A stretch of DNA of 36,177 bases from Macrostomum lignano (lineage: Eukaryota): the NCBI GenBank assembly GCA_002269645.1, contig NIVC01004749.1, forward strand, positions 1 to 36,177, read 5' to 3'. The position numbers were made by a program, and so were the translations under genes. Of this stretch, positions 13,230-24,680 are shown piece by piece. The notes beneath the pieces are model-generated. The model was not told where the DNA came from, made no database searches, and saw only the letters and a program-made list of their open reading frames with translations. Each line of letters starts with the position of its first letter. The first letter of the stretch is position 1.

Positions 13230-14813
13230 TCAGCGAATGTGCATCAGGGTGTCCCTCAGCAAATAGGCGCGAATGCTCAGCAGGGCGAGATAGTGCTCAA
13301 TTTCTGGCAGAATGTCGTCGGCGAGTGTTGCCGACCTCAGCGTGGGCACCACGGGGCTGGTCTGGCTGAAGTGTGCGGAGAAGTCCTCCAGAGGGAGCTT
13401 CTCGGCCAGGATTATCTCCTTTATTGTGCTCACCTGTCGATCGTTGTATAGCCGTTTGCACCACACCTGGGGGGAGGAATGCGAGAGGCAGTCACGTGAC
13501 CTGCACTTGATGTACTTTGTAGCAGTAGCGTGATTCGAAAAATTCTTTTTGTGCAGAATTCATGTGCCTAAAAATTACGTAAGCCCGACAGCCTAACTGA
13601 CTGCTAACTGACTGACTGACTAACTGACTGACTGACTAACTGACTAACTGACTGACTGACTAACTGCTAACTGACTAACTGACTAACTGACTAACTGACT
13701 GACTGACTAACTGACTGACTGACTAACTGACTAACTGACTGACTGACTAACTGACTAACTGACTGACTGACTAACTGACTGACTGACTGACTGACTAACT
13801 GACTGACTGACTAACTGACTAACTGACTAACTGACTAACTGACTAACTGACTAACTGACTGACTGACTAACTGACTAACTGACTAACTGACTAACTGACT
13901 AACTGACTGACTGACTGACTAACTGACTAACTGACTAACTGACTAACTGACTAACTGACTAACTGACTAACTGACTAACTGACTAACTAACTAACTAAGC
14001 TCAACCAAAAGTCGCTTATCTCACCCGGAACAAGTGGAAGATGTGCTCGAACAAGTCTGGCCGGTAGAACCGCATCAGTTCCAGGGTGTAGTCAGCCAGA
14101 GGGTTGTAGATCAGTTTGCCCGCTCCGTTGTCCAGTTCCTAAAAATATTTGTGTCTTTTTCGTTAGAAGCTAAATGACTGATAGCTACTGAGTACAGTCA
14201 TTTTTTAGTTTTTATATTTCTAAGGTTTAAATGAGCAAAGCTGTTTCATAACTATCGATACCAAGACTCACAGAAGTTTTAAGAACTTACCACAATTTAT
14301 GCATGTACCTTTCGGTCCTGTGGTCTACATAGTGCTCAGGGCAGGAAGTCAGGCTACAACAAACTGACACAAGATTGCCAGGAACTCAAGTGACTCACTC
14401 ACCTGCATTGAGTGGATGTCCACCTTCCAGTAGCACGGCGGCTGCTCGCTCCAGCAGCCCTGCTGGATGTGCGCCGGCACCCAAAATGGCCTTGCCAAGG
14501 CGGCCTTCTGACTGCCAGTGTAGTTGGCTGACCTGGATAGATCGACGTACATCACTTCCTTGATGGCCATCTTCTTGTTTTCCTCCAGGCTAAGCGAGTA
14601 AACTCTGCTGGTTATGGCGGCGGTGTTGAGCAAATTGGGCACCTGCTGCAGATTCGCCCGCGAGACGGAGGCCTTCGGCTTCTGCTTGTAATGGTTGTTG
14701 TCCAACTCGACTGGCGACTCCGGCCTCTCCATCGCGCCCGGCTGTCTGCTCCGTTTGCAAACTCCGGCAACCCGGTTGAAGGTTTGGGTCGGCATTTTTG
14801 ACAGATCCGGCAT
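13230..14813 (-). CDS. Uncharacterised 3-exon protein, ~253 aa (exons 14813-14403, 14138-14025, 13466-13230)
   Basis: All three exons are phase 0. Donors CAG|GTGAGT and CGG|GTGAGA; acceptors TTTTTAG and CCCCCCAG. Joined frame is open; AATAAA on the - strand at 13171-13176. Start codon uncertain; no family recognised. Confidence 0.75.
13593..13998. repeat. Compound tetranucleotide microsatellite of GACT/AACT units, intronic
   Basis: About 100 interleaved ACTG/ACTA 4-mers inside the 14024-13467 intron. Confidence 0.95.
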
Positions 14814-16988
14814 GGCGAGATCAGATTGTAAGTGCGGCGATAAAACAATACAACGCACCCGATGTGCAGTCTATGGGCCAAGTGGCTTCCACACAGCAGT
14901 TTCTAAATAAAAATCTTCCAATCAAAAAAGTCAGACAATAATCGTTACTTGCTTACTAACCGCAGTAGCCTGTTAAGCCTATTGATGCCGAAGCAGTTTG
15001 AGCTTTAACAATATTGTCGTGCTTCTTGTGAAATCGGGGGGTTTGGGCGAAAGCAAGGAGGGCGGGTGTGAGCACAAGTCATATTCCGACAAAAGGTGTA
15101 CTTATGGGTGCATGTAGCAACACGAGAAGCAGCTGTGAGTCCACCTTGTAGCCTGGGGGTTCATCCTCTGAGCAGCTAAAAATAGCATAACTCATCTGTC
15201 GTTCTTGACTGGCAGGCATAGAAGAAAAAGTGCAATTTGGCTTCAGTAGAACGGGCAGCAACCGTTTTATGCATAGGTTGATGAAGCGCAGTTGACGTCA
15301 AGGACTGCTAAACGAACTGAACAAGTATGGGCGCAGACTGGGCAGTTTCTCAAGGCTTTCTGTGATCCCGTTCAAGAAAAAAATCTCTCTAATTAGAACG
15401 GAACCTGATGCTTTCAAACAGAGCCTGAACACTCGAACGACCCACGCTGGCTATAGAGATTTTGTATGTTCTCAGGAGTCCACTGGGGGAATGGGAAGGA
15501 TTGCCGTAAGTGCTGGTTGTGGGACGGTGTCGCGTTGGCGCCAGGGTGCCCGCAGCCCCTCCTGCAATTACTATCAATAAAAGCGTAGAATGGGGGTTTC
15601 AGAGCTGGAAAGAGGATTGGGGCACAGCACCTCTGGATTGCCTCTCGAGATTTGCGACAAGAGAATCGCTGCATCGCCGCGCCGGCCCGGCCCATCCAAG
15701 CGACCTGGTGGACTCCAGCTGGCCACATTATCAGCATCGAGTCGTACTTCCCACGACCGATGCAGGAGCTGCTGACGTCGTCGCAGGCCCCCTACAGGCA
15801 AGGACGGCGCGACCGACGTTTTTTAGAAGCAGGGGGCTGTGTGCACCCTGGCGCACTTTGAGCGACATTGTCACACAACCGGCGAGAGGCATTACTGCCC
15901 ATTCCGCCGACTCCCCTGAGCAGGCACACAAGCGCGCGGATACGTACGCAGTCATACGCACAGGCACACACTCACACAGGAGTGTACAGCGGCCCTAACT
16001 TATCGTTAAGGCAAGTACACTTCACTGTGCCTTGGGGGTTGGTTAATTGCAAGTCGAGATTCCAGTTTAGCTCCAAATTAATGTGACTGAACGTCGAATC
16101 GAGCCTGAGCCGTTGGCACACCAGAGCGCCGCTCTGGACCACTGGGCTGCTGAGAGTAGGGTGAATAGATTGTGGACAGACGAGTAAAGGGTAAAAATAA
16201 TTGGTAGTTCCTGCGGTTTTGTCAAATAAGAAGCAGTTCTACTTGAAGCGTTTACTATGGCTAACATGTTTCGTTACTTTTTACTCACAGTAGACTGCAG
16301 ACATAATGTAATTATAATTTGCATAATACCGTGTGAAATTGCACCCGTTGTTGCAATCGCAATAGCTGGTTTTGTACGGAAATCGTAAGACAGAAACTAG
16401 CAATAGCCAGATAAAAAAAGAAGTTGAGAAACTCGGGCAAAACTGAAGCCAAGCCAGCAGAATTAAGAAATATTGCACAACCGGGCCTCCTCAGTGACGA
16501 CCACTGAAAACAATCACGCAGTGGATCTGCGTTCGGCCTTGCGGGACAGCACCAGTGTTCTAAAAATAGAACTCTACTAGTGACGGCTAGCCCTAAAATA
16601 TTGCCAAGTAATGCTGCGCACCGATACAGCCCGCAGCCAAACTGGATTCTCGTCCCTCTCCCCTCCACAAGCATAAGCTGGAAACCAGATAGAAAAGACC
16701 CGGTGCACTTGTACTTGCATTTTTACTGCTCACACACGAGGCCCTGTGGAATCGTAGGAGAAGCGTTGCAGTAAGCCGAGAGTACTGTAGTTTTCCGTTA
16801 TTTGGTCAGACTGCGCTGCAACTGCAATTTTTACCATGCAGCCGGCCATGACTCTGCGGTAATTATTGTACTTCTGCATGTTTGACATTCTGAAGTACAA
16901 TCACAACTTCAGTTGCCATTTCAATAATGATAGATTTGGGATAAATTTGTTCTCAAAGCAGTTTAGAAGCGGATTACGAATTTTGTTT

Positions 16989-17529
16989 GATAATCAGGGG
17001 AATTGTGAGTGATAATCAGGGGAAATGTGAGTGATAGTCAGGGGAATTGTGAGTGATGATCAGGGGAAATGTGAGTGATAATCAGGGGAATTGTGGGCGA
17101 TAATCAGGGGAAGTGTGAGTGATAATCAGGGGAATCGTGAATGATAATCGAGGGAATTGTGAGTGATAATCAGGGGAATTGTGAGTGATAATCAGGGGAA
17201 TCGTGTATGATAATCAGGGAATTGTGAGTGATAATCAGGGGAATTGTGAGTGATAATCAGGGGAATTGTGAGTGATAATCAGGGGAATCGTGAATGATAA
17301 TCAGGGGCATTGTGAGTGATAATCAGGGGAATCGTGAATGATAATCAGGGGCATTGTGGGTGATAATCGAGGGAATCGTTAATGATAATCAGGGGCATTG
17401 TGAGTGATAATCAGGGGCATTGTAGGTGATAATCAGGAGAATTGTGAGTGATAATCAGGGAATTGTGAGTGATAATCAGGGGAATTGTGAGTGATAATCA
17501 GGGGAATCGTGAATGATAATCAGGGGAAT
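16989..17529. repeat. 22-bp minisatellite (GATAATCAGGGGAATTGTGAGT), ~24 copies
   Basis: GATAATCAGG recurs at 16989, 17011 and onward with a 21-22 bp period. Confidence 0.95.
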
Positions 17530-18204
17530 GGAGATGCATGCAATGGTAGAATAAAAATAAAAAAAATCTGAAGAAACTCCACATCGAACTAAAAATTGCG
17601 TCAATAATTTTTCATATTTTTTGTTAATCAATTTAAATTCACGCGCGCTGCCAGACAGACAGTAGAGAGCACACAGCTACTCGCACACTCGCGTCAGGCC
17701 ACAAGCTTGAAATGATTTTAGTCCAAAATTCCAAGCAAGCGGGCTTCACTTCACTGCGCGTGGGTTCTTTGTATATTTATTTTCATAATTATAGAAACAA
17801 TTTTAGTCAATAAATTTCAGCGAGCCAGAGGTTGGTTAAAGAGTCAAAAAGCGTAACACGAACGTGTCGAAAATGAAAAACACGGCAGCGGGAGAATCTT
17901 GCGGCGGCTGTTAGTTTTCTGGTTTAGTATAATAATTATCTTTTATCGGAACTGGAGGGTAGAGCAGCTAAGGTGGATTGCATATTTTGGGATGCAAACT
18001 GATGGAGTCTAACAATCTGTTTACTAGGGCTGACCCGTACCCGGAGCTGCTCTGCCGCTCGCATCCGCACAGAACAGAGCACAATAGTACAATAATTAAC
18101 TTAGATTGTTAGGCAAATTATCAAGAACAGAGGGTCCGCGCATCGGGATAAAGCAAGAGTTTGGTCAGTCAGCCTGTCAGATCGCATTCGCTGATCGTGC
18201 CGGC

Positions 18205-21200
18205 TCACAGCTTGTCCAGGAAGCGGTCCAGCGGCGGGATGCCCTCCTGCAGGCCCTTGCGCTTGCGGGTGTCCAGCACGATCTGGCTGGGCTTGGTGCC
18301 GGCGGTCAGGGGGTCGCCAGGCATCACCTGCCAGTGGTCGAACACGCACTGCGGGAAGGCCTGGCCGCCTGTGGCCTGGCGCAGGTCCGAGGTGAAGCCG
18401 AAGCTCTCGTTAACCGGCAGGTGGGCCTTCACGATGAACATCGGGGTGCCGGACACCTGGCAGAGGGAGGTTGTGGAGGGGATCGATTGGAAATCGGAAT
18501 AGGACGCCACTAACAAAAAATTGCACTCTCAGTCTGAGGGGCGTTTCAATAGCTCGATACTTCACAAGCTCGAAACTGCTCAAGCTCGATACTTCACAAG
18601 CTCGAAACTGCTCAAGCTCGATACTTCACAAGCTCGAAACTGCACAAGCTCGATACTTCACAAGCTCGAAACTGCTGAAGCTCGATACTTCACAAGCTCG
18701 AAACTTCACAAGCTCGAAACTGCTGAAGCTCGATACTTCACAAGCTCGAAACTGCTGAAGCTCGATACTTCACAAGCTCGATACTGCTCAAGCTCGAAAT
18801 TGCTGAAGGTCGATACTTCACAAGCTCGATACTTCACAAGCTCGAAACTGCTCAAGCTCGAAACTGCTCAAGCTTTAAACTACTCAAGCTCGAAACTGCT
18901 CAAGCTCGAAACTGCTCAAGCTTTAAACTACTCAAGCTCGAAACTGCTCAAGCTCGAAACTTCAGATTGTCCAAAATTAAAAAAAAACGACCAGTCACTT
19001 TGCCAAGCTCACAACGAATTAGATGATATGAAGATTAACGAGAAGATCCATTAACAAGTGTGAAGAGTCTCACCTGCTCCTCGGAGAACACAACACCGCG
19101 CCGACGGTTCAGCACACCGTAGATGCCGCCAACAGCGTTCTCCGGGCACTGGATCTCGCACAGGTACACCGGCTCTAGCAGGGCCGGCTCCGCGGTCAGC
19201 ACGGCGGCGTAGAAGCAGCGCCGAGCAGTCGGGATGATCTGGCCGCCGCCGCGATGGATAGCGTCGGTGTGCAGCGTCACGTCGCAGATGTCAAAGCGGC
19301 AGCCGCGCATGTTCTCGTCGCACAAAACGCCCTCCTTGGTGGCCCACTGGAAAGCGGCTACAACGCTGTCCTTGATCTCGGCCAGGTACTGCACACCTTT
19401 GGTGACGTCAACAACCAGGTTGGGACCGTTGGTGTCCGGCCCGAAGCACCAGATCTTGCGAGCCTCGGTCACGTCCCAGCTGTAGGTGTCGGCAAGGATG
19501 CGGCCGCGGTCCTTCGCGTCCTGGCGGGGCGCGATCTTGCCATCGTCAATGTCCTTGCAGAGATCTTCGTCCAGAGGGCGGGCCTTCATGTACAGCCGGT
19601 TGTGCTTGTTGGGCGACTTTGACAGCACGGTCTAGAGGGGTCAAGAGACGACGGTGATTGATATGCTGACTTAGTATTCAATGCCTATGTTCTCAGTAGC
19701 CAATGCTTATATACTCAGTAGCCAATGCCCATGTACTCAGTAGCTAATGCTTATATACTCAGTAGCCAATGCCCATGTACTCAGTAGCTAATGCTCATGT
19801 ACTCAGTAGCTAATGCTTATGTACTCAGTAGCTAATGCTTATATACTCAGTAGCCAATGCCTTTGTTCTCAGTAGCCAATGCTCATGTACTCAGTAGCCA
19901 ATGCCTATGTTCTCAGTAGCCAATGCTCATGTACTCAGTAGCCAATGCCCATGTACTCAGTAGCTAATGCTTATGTACTCAGTAGCTAATGCCCATGTAC
20001 TCAGTAGCTAATGCTCATGTACTCAGTAGCTAATGCTCATGTACTCAGTAGCTAATGCTGACAGTCAGTAGCTAATTCTGACAGTCAGTAGCTAATGGTC
20101 TAACTACTACACAGAAGATCTAGGCCACTAACCTGGTTGCTCTCGTTAGTGACAGTCTCGCGGTAAGACACAACGGGATCACCGGTCTTGATCGGGATCT
20201 GGGCGTGATCCTCCTCCAGATCTTTCAGACAGATCTCCAGGTGCAGCTCGCCAGCGCCAGCAACGATGTGCTCGCCGGACTCCTCGTTGTAGATCTGCAC
20301 CATGGGGTCGGACTTGGCCAGGCGCTTCAGACCCTCGACCAGCTTCGGCAGGTCGGACGGATTCTTGCAGTCGACGGCGACGCGAACGACGGGCGACACG
20401 CTGAACTTCATGACGCGCATGTTGTGCGCAGCGGCGTAGGTGGTGATGGTGCCGGTCTTCACCAGGAACTGGTCGACGCCGACGAGACCGCAGATGTTGC
20501 CGCAAGGTACATCCTCGATAGGCTCGGTGTAGCGGCCCATCATGAGGATGGTGCGCTGGATGCTCTTCTCAAACAGGTCATCCTTTTTGCCCGGCGCGAA
20601 GTTGGGGCCCATGATTCGCACCTTGGTGGCGCTCACAACTCCGGAGAACACCCGACCGAAGGCGTAGAATCGGCCCTTATCGGAGGTCGGCACCATCTTC
20701 GAGATGTACATCATGAGCGGCGCCTTCGGATCGCATGTCTTGATGCCGATGGCGGCCTCGTCATCGTGGGGTCCCTCGTACAGCAGCTCCATGCGGTAGC
20801 GCTGGGAGGTCACGGGAGACGGCAGGTGGATGGCGATCATCTGCAGCAGGGTGTCGCCAGCTGGGAGCCACTTGCGCATCATCACCTTGAGCAGCGGCTT
20901 GCCGCTCAGCTCGCGCTCCTCAGCGTCCAGCTTGATGTTGAGCTTTTCGGCCAGCTTCAGGCCCTCCTCGATAGGCTTGTCCATCACTACTTCGAACATC
21001 TGTGGAGCAGATGGCACAAAGTGAATTTTCGTTATCGCGGAGAAGCAATCCCAGAGAACTGACCGAAACCAAGCAATAAAAAAGTATTCGCAAAGCTCAA
21101 ACTAACAATAGCTACCTGCTGTGAATCAGACAGACTGAATCCTCATTAAGTAAGATTTCTCTCAGCCTGGGGCAGTATAAGGTCATCATGCGCAGGTTTT

Positions 21201-22288
21201 ACAGACGGAGCGAGAAAATGAAAACTTTCGATAATAAATAATACAAAGTAATCTCCGCCAGAAAAACAAGATCATCAGGTTCAGTATAAAGTGATCATAC
21301 TGTCAAGCCATTAACAATAATATGAAAGGTGTACTGAAGCAACACTTGCCTGGTAGATGGGGTTCAGCACGAACTGGATAAAGCCCCGGACGCACTTGTC
21401 GCTCTCCTGAGTCTTAACCCACTTCCTCGTCTCCGTGTTGTAGAAGTTGTCGCCCCACAGTCGCTTCATCAGCTTCTCCGGTTCGATCTTGAACTTGGAG
21501 GCGTAGATCTCGGCGAACTGCTTCAGCGTGAAGGCCCAAGCGTGCAGGCCGGAGCCGAAGCCGACGGTGCCCTTCTCCGGCGACACGAAGATGTTGCCCA
21601 TGGCACCGCCCTCTTCGCCGAACTGGGCGATGATCACGTTGATGTTCTCCACGACTCGCTGGAACTGCTGGTACAGATCCTCCTTGCCCTTCTTAAGCGT
21701 CAGCAGCGAGCAGTCCATTTTGTTCATGAACAGCACTGGCTTGATGCGCTCGGCGATGGCCTGCCGAAGCACCGTCTCCGTCTGCACGCACACGCCGGAG
21801 TTGCAGTCCACGACGACCAGGGCGCCGTCGGTGACACGCAGAGCGGCCGTCACCTGCAGGAGTTGAAGTTATCAGGTTTCGTGGTCCAACGAGGTGAAAG
21901 GAAAATGAAATAGCCAATTTACCTCCGAGCTGAAATCCACGTGGCCAGGCGAGTCGATGAGGTTGATCAGGAAGCCGCACTCGTCAGTTCCGTCGCTGCG
22001 CTTCGACACCTCCTGCAGGGTCTTGACAAAATTAACGTCAGCCTCACCCAGCTCGTAGTACATGCTCACGGCAGTCGACTTGATGGTGATGCACCGCTCC
22101 TGCTCATCCTTTCGCGTGTCCGTGAACCTGGTCTCGCCAGCCCTGGCCGAGGCGATGATGCCGGCCTTGGACAGCAGCGAGTCAGTCAGCGTCGACTTGC
22201 CGTGGTCGACGTGGGCGATGACGGACATGTTGCGGATGTTCCGCTTGTTGTCCATCATGGAGCGAATTTGGCCAACAGTAAAGTTCAC
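18205..22288 (-). CDS. EEF2: Eukaryotic elongation factor 2, coding exons 22288-21923, 21853-21350, 20999-20133, 19631-19074, 18456-18205 (~849 aa with the initiator Met)
   Basis: [16 protein letters not shown] (G1), [11 protein letters not shown] (Thr56 region), DSPGH, NKMD, diphthamide motif [19 protein letters not shown] and C-terminal FLDKL. All exons phase 0 and collinear with known eEF2. Confidence 0.98.
18551..18966. repeat. 16-bp minisatellite with higher-order structure, 26 monomers, in the last eEF2 intron
   Basis: Monomers AGCTCGATACTTCACA (A), AGCTCGAAACTGCTCA (B) and AGCTTTAAACTACTCA (C); 26x16 = 416 bp. Confidence 0.95.
19668..20097. repeat. 22-bp minisatellite (TACTCAGTAGCTAATGCTCATG) filling most of eEF2 intron 20132-19632
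   Basis: CTCAGTAGC recurs at 19692, 19714 and onward; ~19 copies. Confidence 0.95.
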
Positions 22289-23199
22289 CTAGTTGTGCGG
22301 TTGGTGCCATAGAGTGGTTGGTTGAGTTGCGCAGTCTGCGATTCGACAGGTGCTGTACATATTTGGAAATGTTTTATAATTCAGTCCATCTAGTAGCAAA
22401 AGTTCCCCCATGATATTGTAGGGCAAAGTGTTAAAGCTTTCATCATTAATATCCAATGTAGAATAGGTTTGCAATACAGTACAATACAGGCTTACAATAG
22501 GTTTAGGTTTGCTAGTATGCTTTTAGCAATTTCAACAAGATTCCCACGCTGTGGTTGGATAGTAGAGGCTGAAGTTAAGATGAATTTTTCACTTTTCAAT
22601 GCAGGGTACAGGGGTTGAAAACTTTTTGACCTTGTTTAAATTTTTTTAGCAAAACAATGGCTTCTTTTTTAAATCTTTATATTTCAATGGTTTTAGCCAT
22701 TGAAGCAGCTGTTTCCTATAGGCATATTGGTAGCTGCCATAGGTAGGTAGGATACATGTTAGTATAGTTGCTACAATAAACAATATATGCTACTAGCATA
22801 AAATCAGACTGTAAGGCTATTCTTTTTTCTCACTTTTAAACACCTTATCATTTGTTAGATATAAATAATGTACTAATAATAGTAGACATGACAAAATGTA
22901 TAAACTAGGTAAATTCAAACTTAATTTAATTGCAAAATGCAATATTGGGAAGCCAAGAAAGAATTGAATAATTAAAGACAACACAGCCTCTGACCTCTTA
23001 GTCTTGATATTTTAGTAATTTATCCTATGATTTGACCTCTTATAAGCAGACTTCTTAGCAATTCTTCTCTAGGTTATAATATCTTAACAATTCTTTATAT
23101 GGCAATATGACAATGTTTTAGAATAACTTTATTTATAGATAGCATGTGCTACATTAAGCCATGACAGTTTAGTGAAAAATTCTAACCCCTGCCCTCTGT

Positions 23200-23788
23200 C
23201 CACACTCAGGAAGGTGTCACGTGTGCGCGGGAACATATTTTAGCGTATTTTTGGTGTGCGCTGTGCACGAAGCTAAAATATGAATTTGTGCGCCGAGGTG
23301 TACATTCATTTATTGACAAATACATCGCTAACTAATGCGCCGTAGCACTAAAAACTCGGTAAAAGTCCAATTAAAACAAAACTAAAAAACGGATAAATTT
23401 TTGTATCTCATGTAGGCTTTTTTTTAACTCAAAACTTTTGCTTTTTTTAGCTCACGTAGAAAATTCTCAAAAGAAATAGCTTTAACTTTACGTTAAAATC
23501 CCATTTTGAATTTTATTATTTGTTTCACTTACCAAGAAACAACAATTTTTATTGATATGCTTAGAAAAAATGTAATCTTAAAGCATATTTTATGCACTGC
23601 ATATGCAGATTATACATTTAGGTGACTCATTGTGAGTTAAATTTTTCTAATCAGGTTTTGCTATGCACCATTATGTGCTAAAAACTTTTGCTAAGCCTTT
23701 GTTGTGCGCCGTGTGCACCACTTTGCGCATATTTTTCATGGATGTGCGCCGGAATTTTCCGCCATAATGTACACCTTCCTGAGTGTGG
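23200..23788. mobile_element. 589-bp non-autonomous DNA transposon (MITE-like)
   Basis: Perfect 18-bp TIRs CCACACTCAGGAAGGTGT (23200-23217) / ACACCTTCCTGAGTGTGG (23771-23788). Flanking 8-mers CCCTCTGT / CCCTCTTT match 7/8 (TSD). Subterminal TGCGCC/GTGCAC motifs. Confidence 0.85.
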
Positions 23789-23995
23789 CCCTCTTTATAG
23801 GCAAACTTTGTAGCAGTTTAATAGTGGGTGGCAATTGGCAAATCAAGGCAATGCAACATGGTTTGTAAAAGCAAGATTTATAAAAAAGTAATTCAATGCA
23901 ATACAATCCTACTAAATTAGTCACACAATGGAAATTTTCACATTAAGTTTAATTTATTTTATAATTATATAAGTTTAAATTTAAATAGTGAATTT

Positions 23996-24520
23996 AAATC
24001 ACAAGAAAATTGTGAAGAAATGGGAGAGGAAGGAGAGAATAGCAAGAGAGGAGAGAAAAGGGAGAGAGAAAAAGAGAAAAGAGGAGAGGGGAAAGAGTAA
24101 AGGAAGAAAAGAGAGATAAGAGGGCATAGAGATAACATGACAAATGAGAGAGTAAGAAGAGAAAGTAAAGAGAATAGCTGAATAGAGAAAAGACAAGAGA
24201 ATTGATAGAAAAGAGAAAAGAAGAGAAATAATAAATAGGAGTATAAATTTGAGATGAGAGAGAAGAGATGAGACAGGAAAGAGTAGATAGGAGAGAGGAA
24301 AGAGGAGAGAAGAGGGAAGTGTTAAGAGAGAGGAAAGTAGAGTGAGAAGAGAGGAGAGAGAAGAGAGAGTAAAGAGCAAAGATAAAAGAAGAGAACTGAG
24401 AGAGCAAAGACAAGAGAAAGGAAAGAGGAGAAGAGGGCAGAGACAAGAGGAGAGAGGAACAAAGAGGGAAGAGACAAGAGAAGATGATAGAGATAAAGGA
24501 GGAGAGAAGAGAGAAATCTT
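23996..24520. repeat. Polypurine GA-rich low-complexity tract
   Basis: Strongly A/G-biased + strand. The Ser/Leu/Phe-rich and Arg/Glu-rich ORFs here are compositional artefacts. Confidence 0.9.
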
Positions 24521-24680
24521 AAAAAACCCAAATTTACACTGAAGCTTTTTTGCAGACCTAGGCCTATCTTAACATGTCATAGATCTCTACTCCCCAACAT
24601 GATCATTTTTTGCTGCCGAAACTTAATGCTTGTTGTGCCAGCTGCCAGAATGCCATATTCAAAAACAACCTCTTGACGAC

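Noticed and set aside
15510-15998. GC-rich ORF cluster, possibly a LINE endonuclease or Harbinger relic (VEWGF, IISIESYFP)
   Set aside because: Only isolated few-residue resemblances in different frames; not enough to assign.
18521-19054. 177-aa repetitive ORF
   Set aside because: Product of the 16-bp intronic minisatellite, antisense to eEF2.
20615-20640. eEF2 one residue short at VSATKVRI (usually VSTGxKVRI)
   Set aside because: In-frame and local; cannot separate a real variant from compensating base errors without reads.
23994-24542. Hydrophobic membrane-like and charged ORFs
   Set aside because: Artefacts of the polypurine tract.
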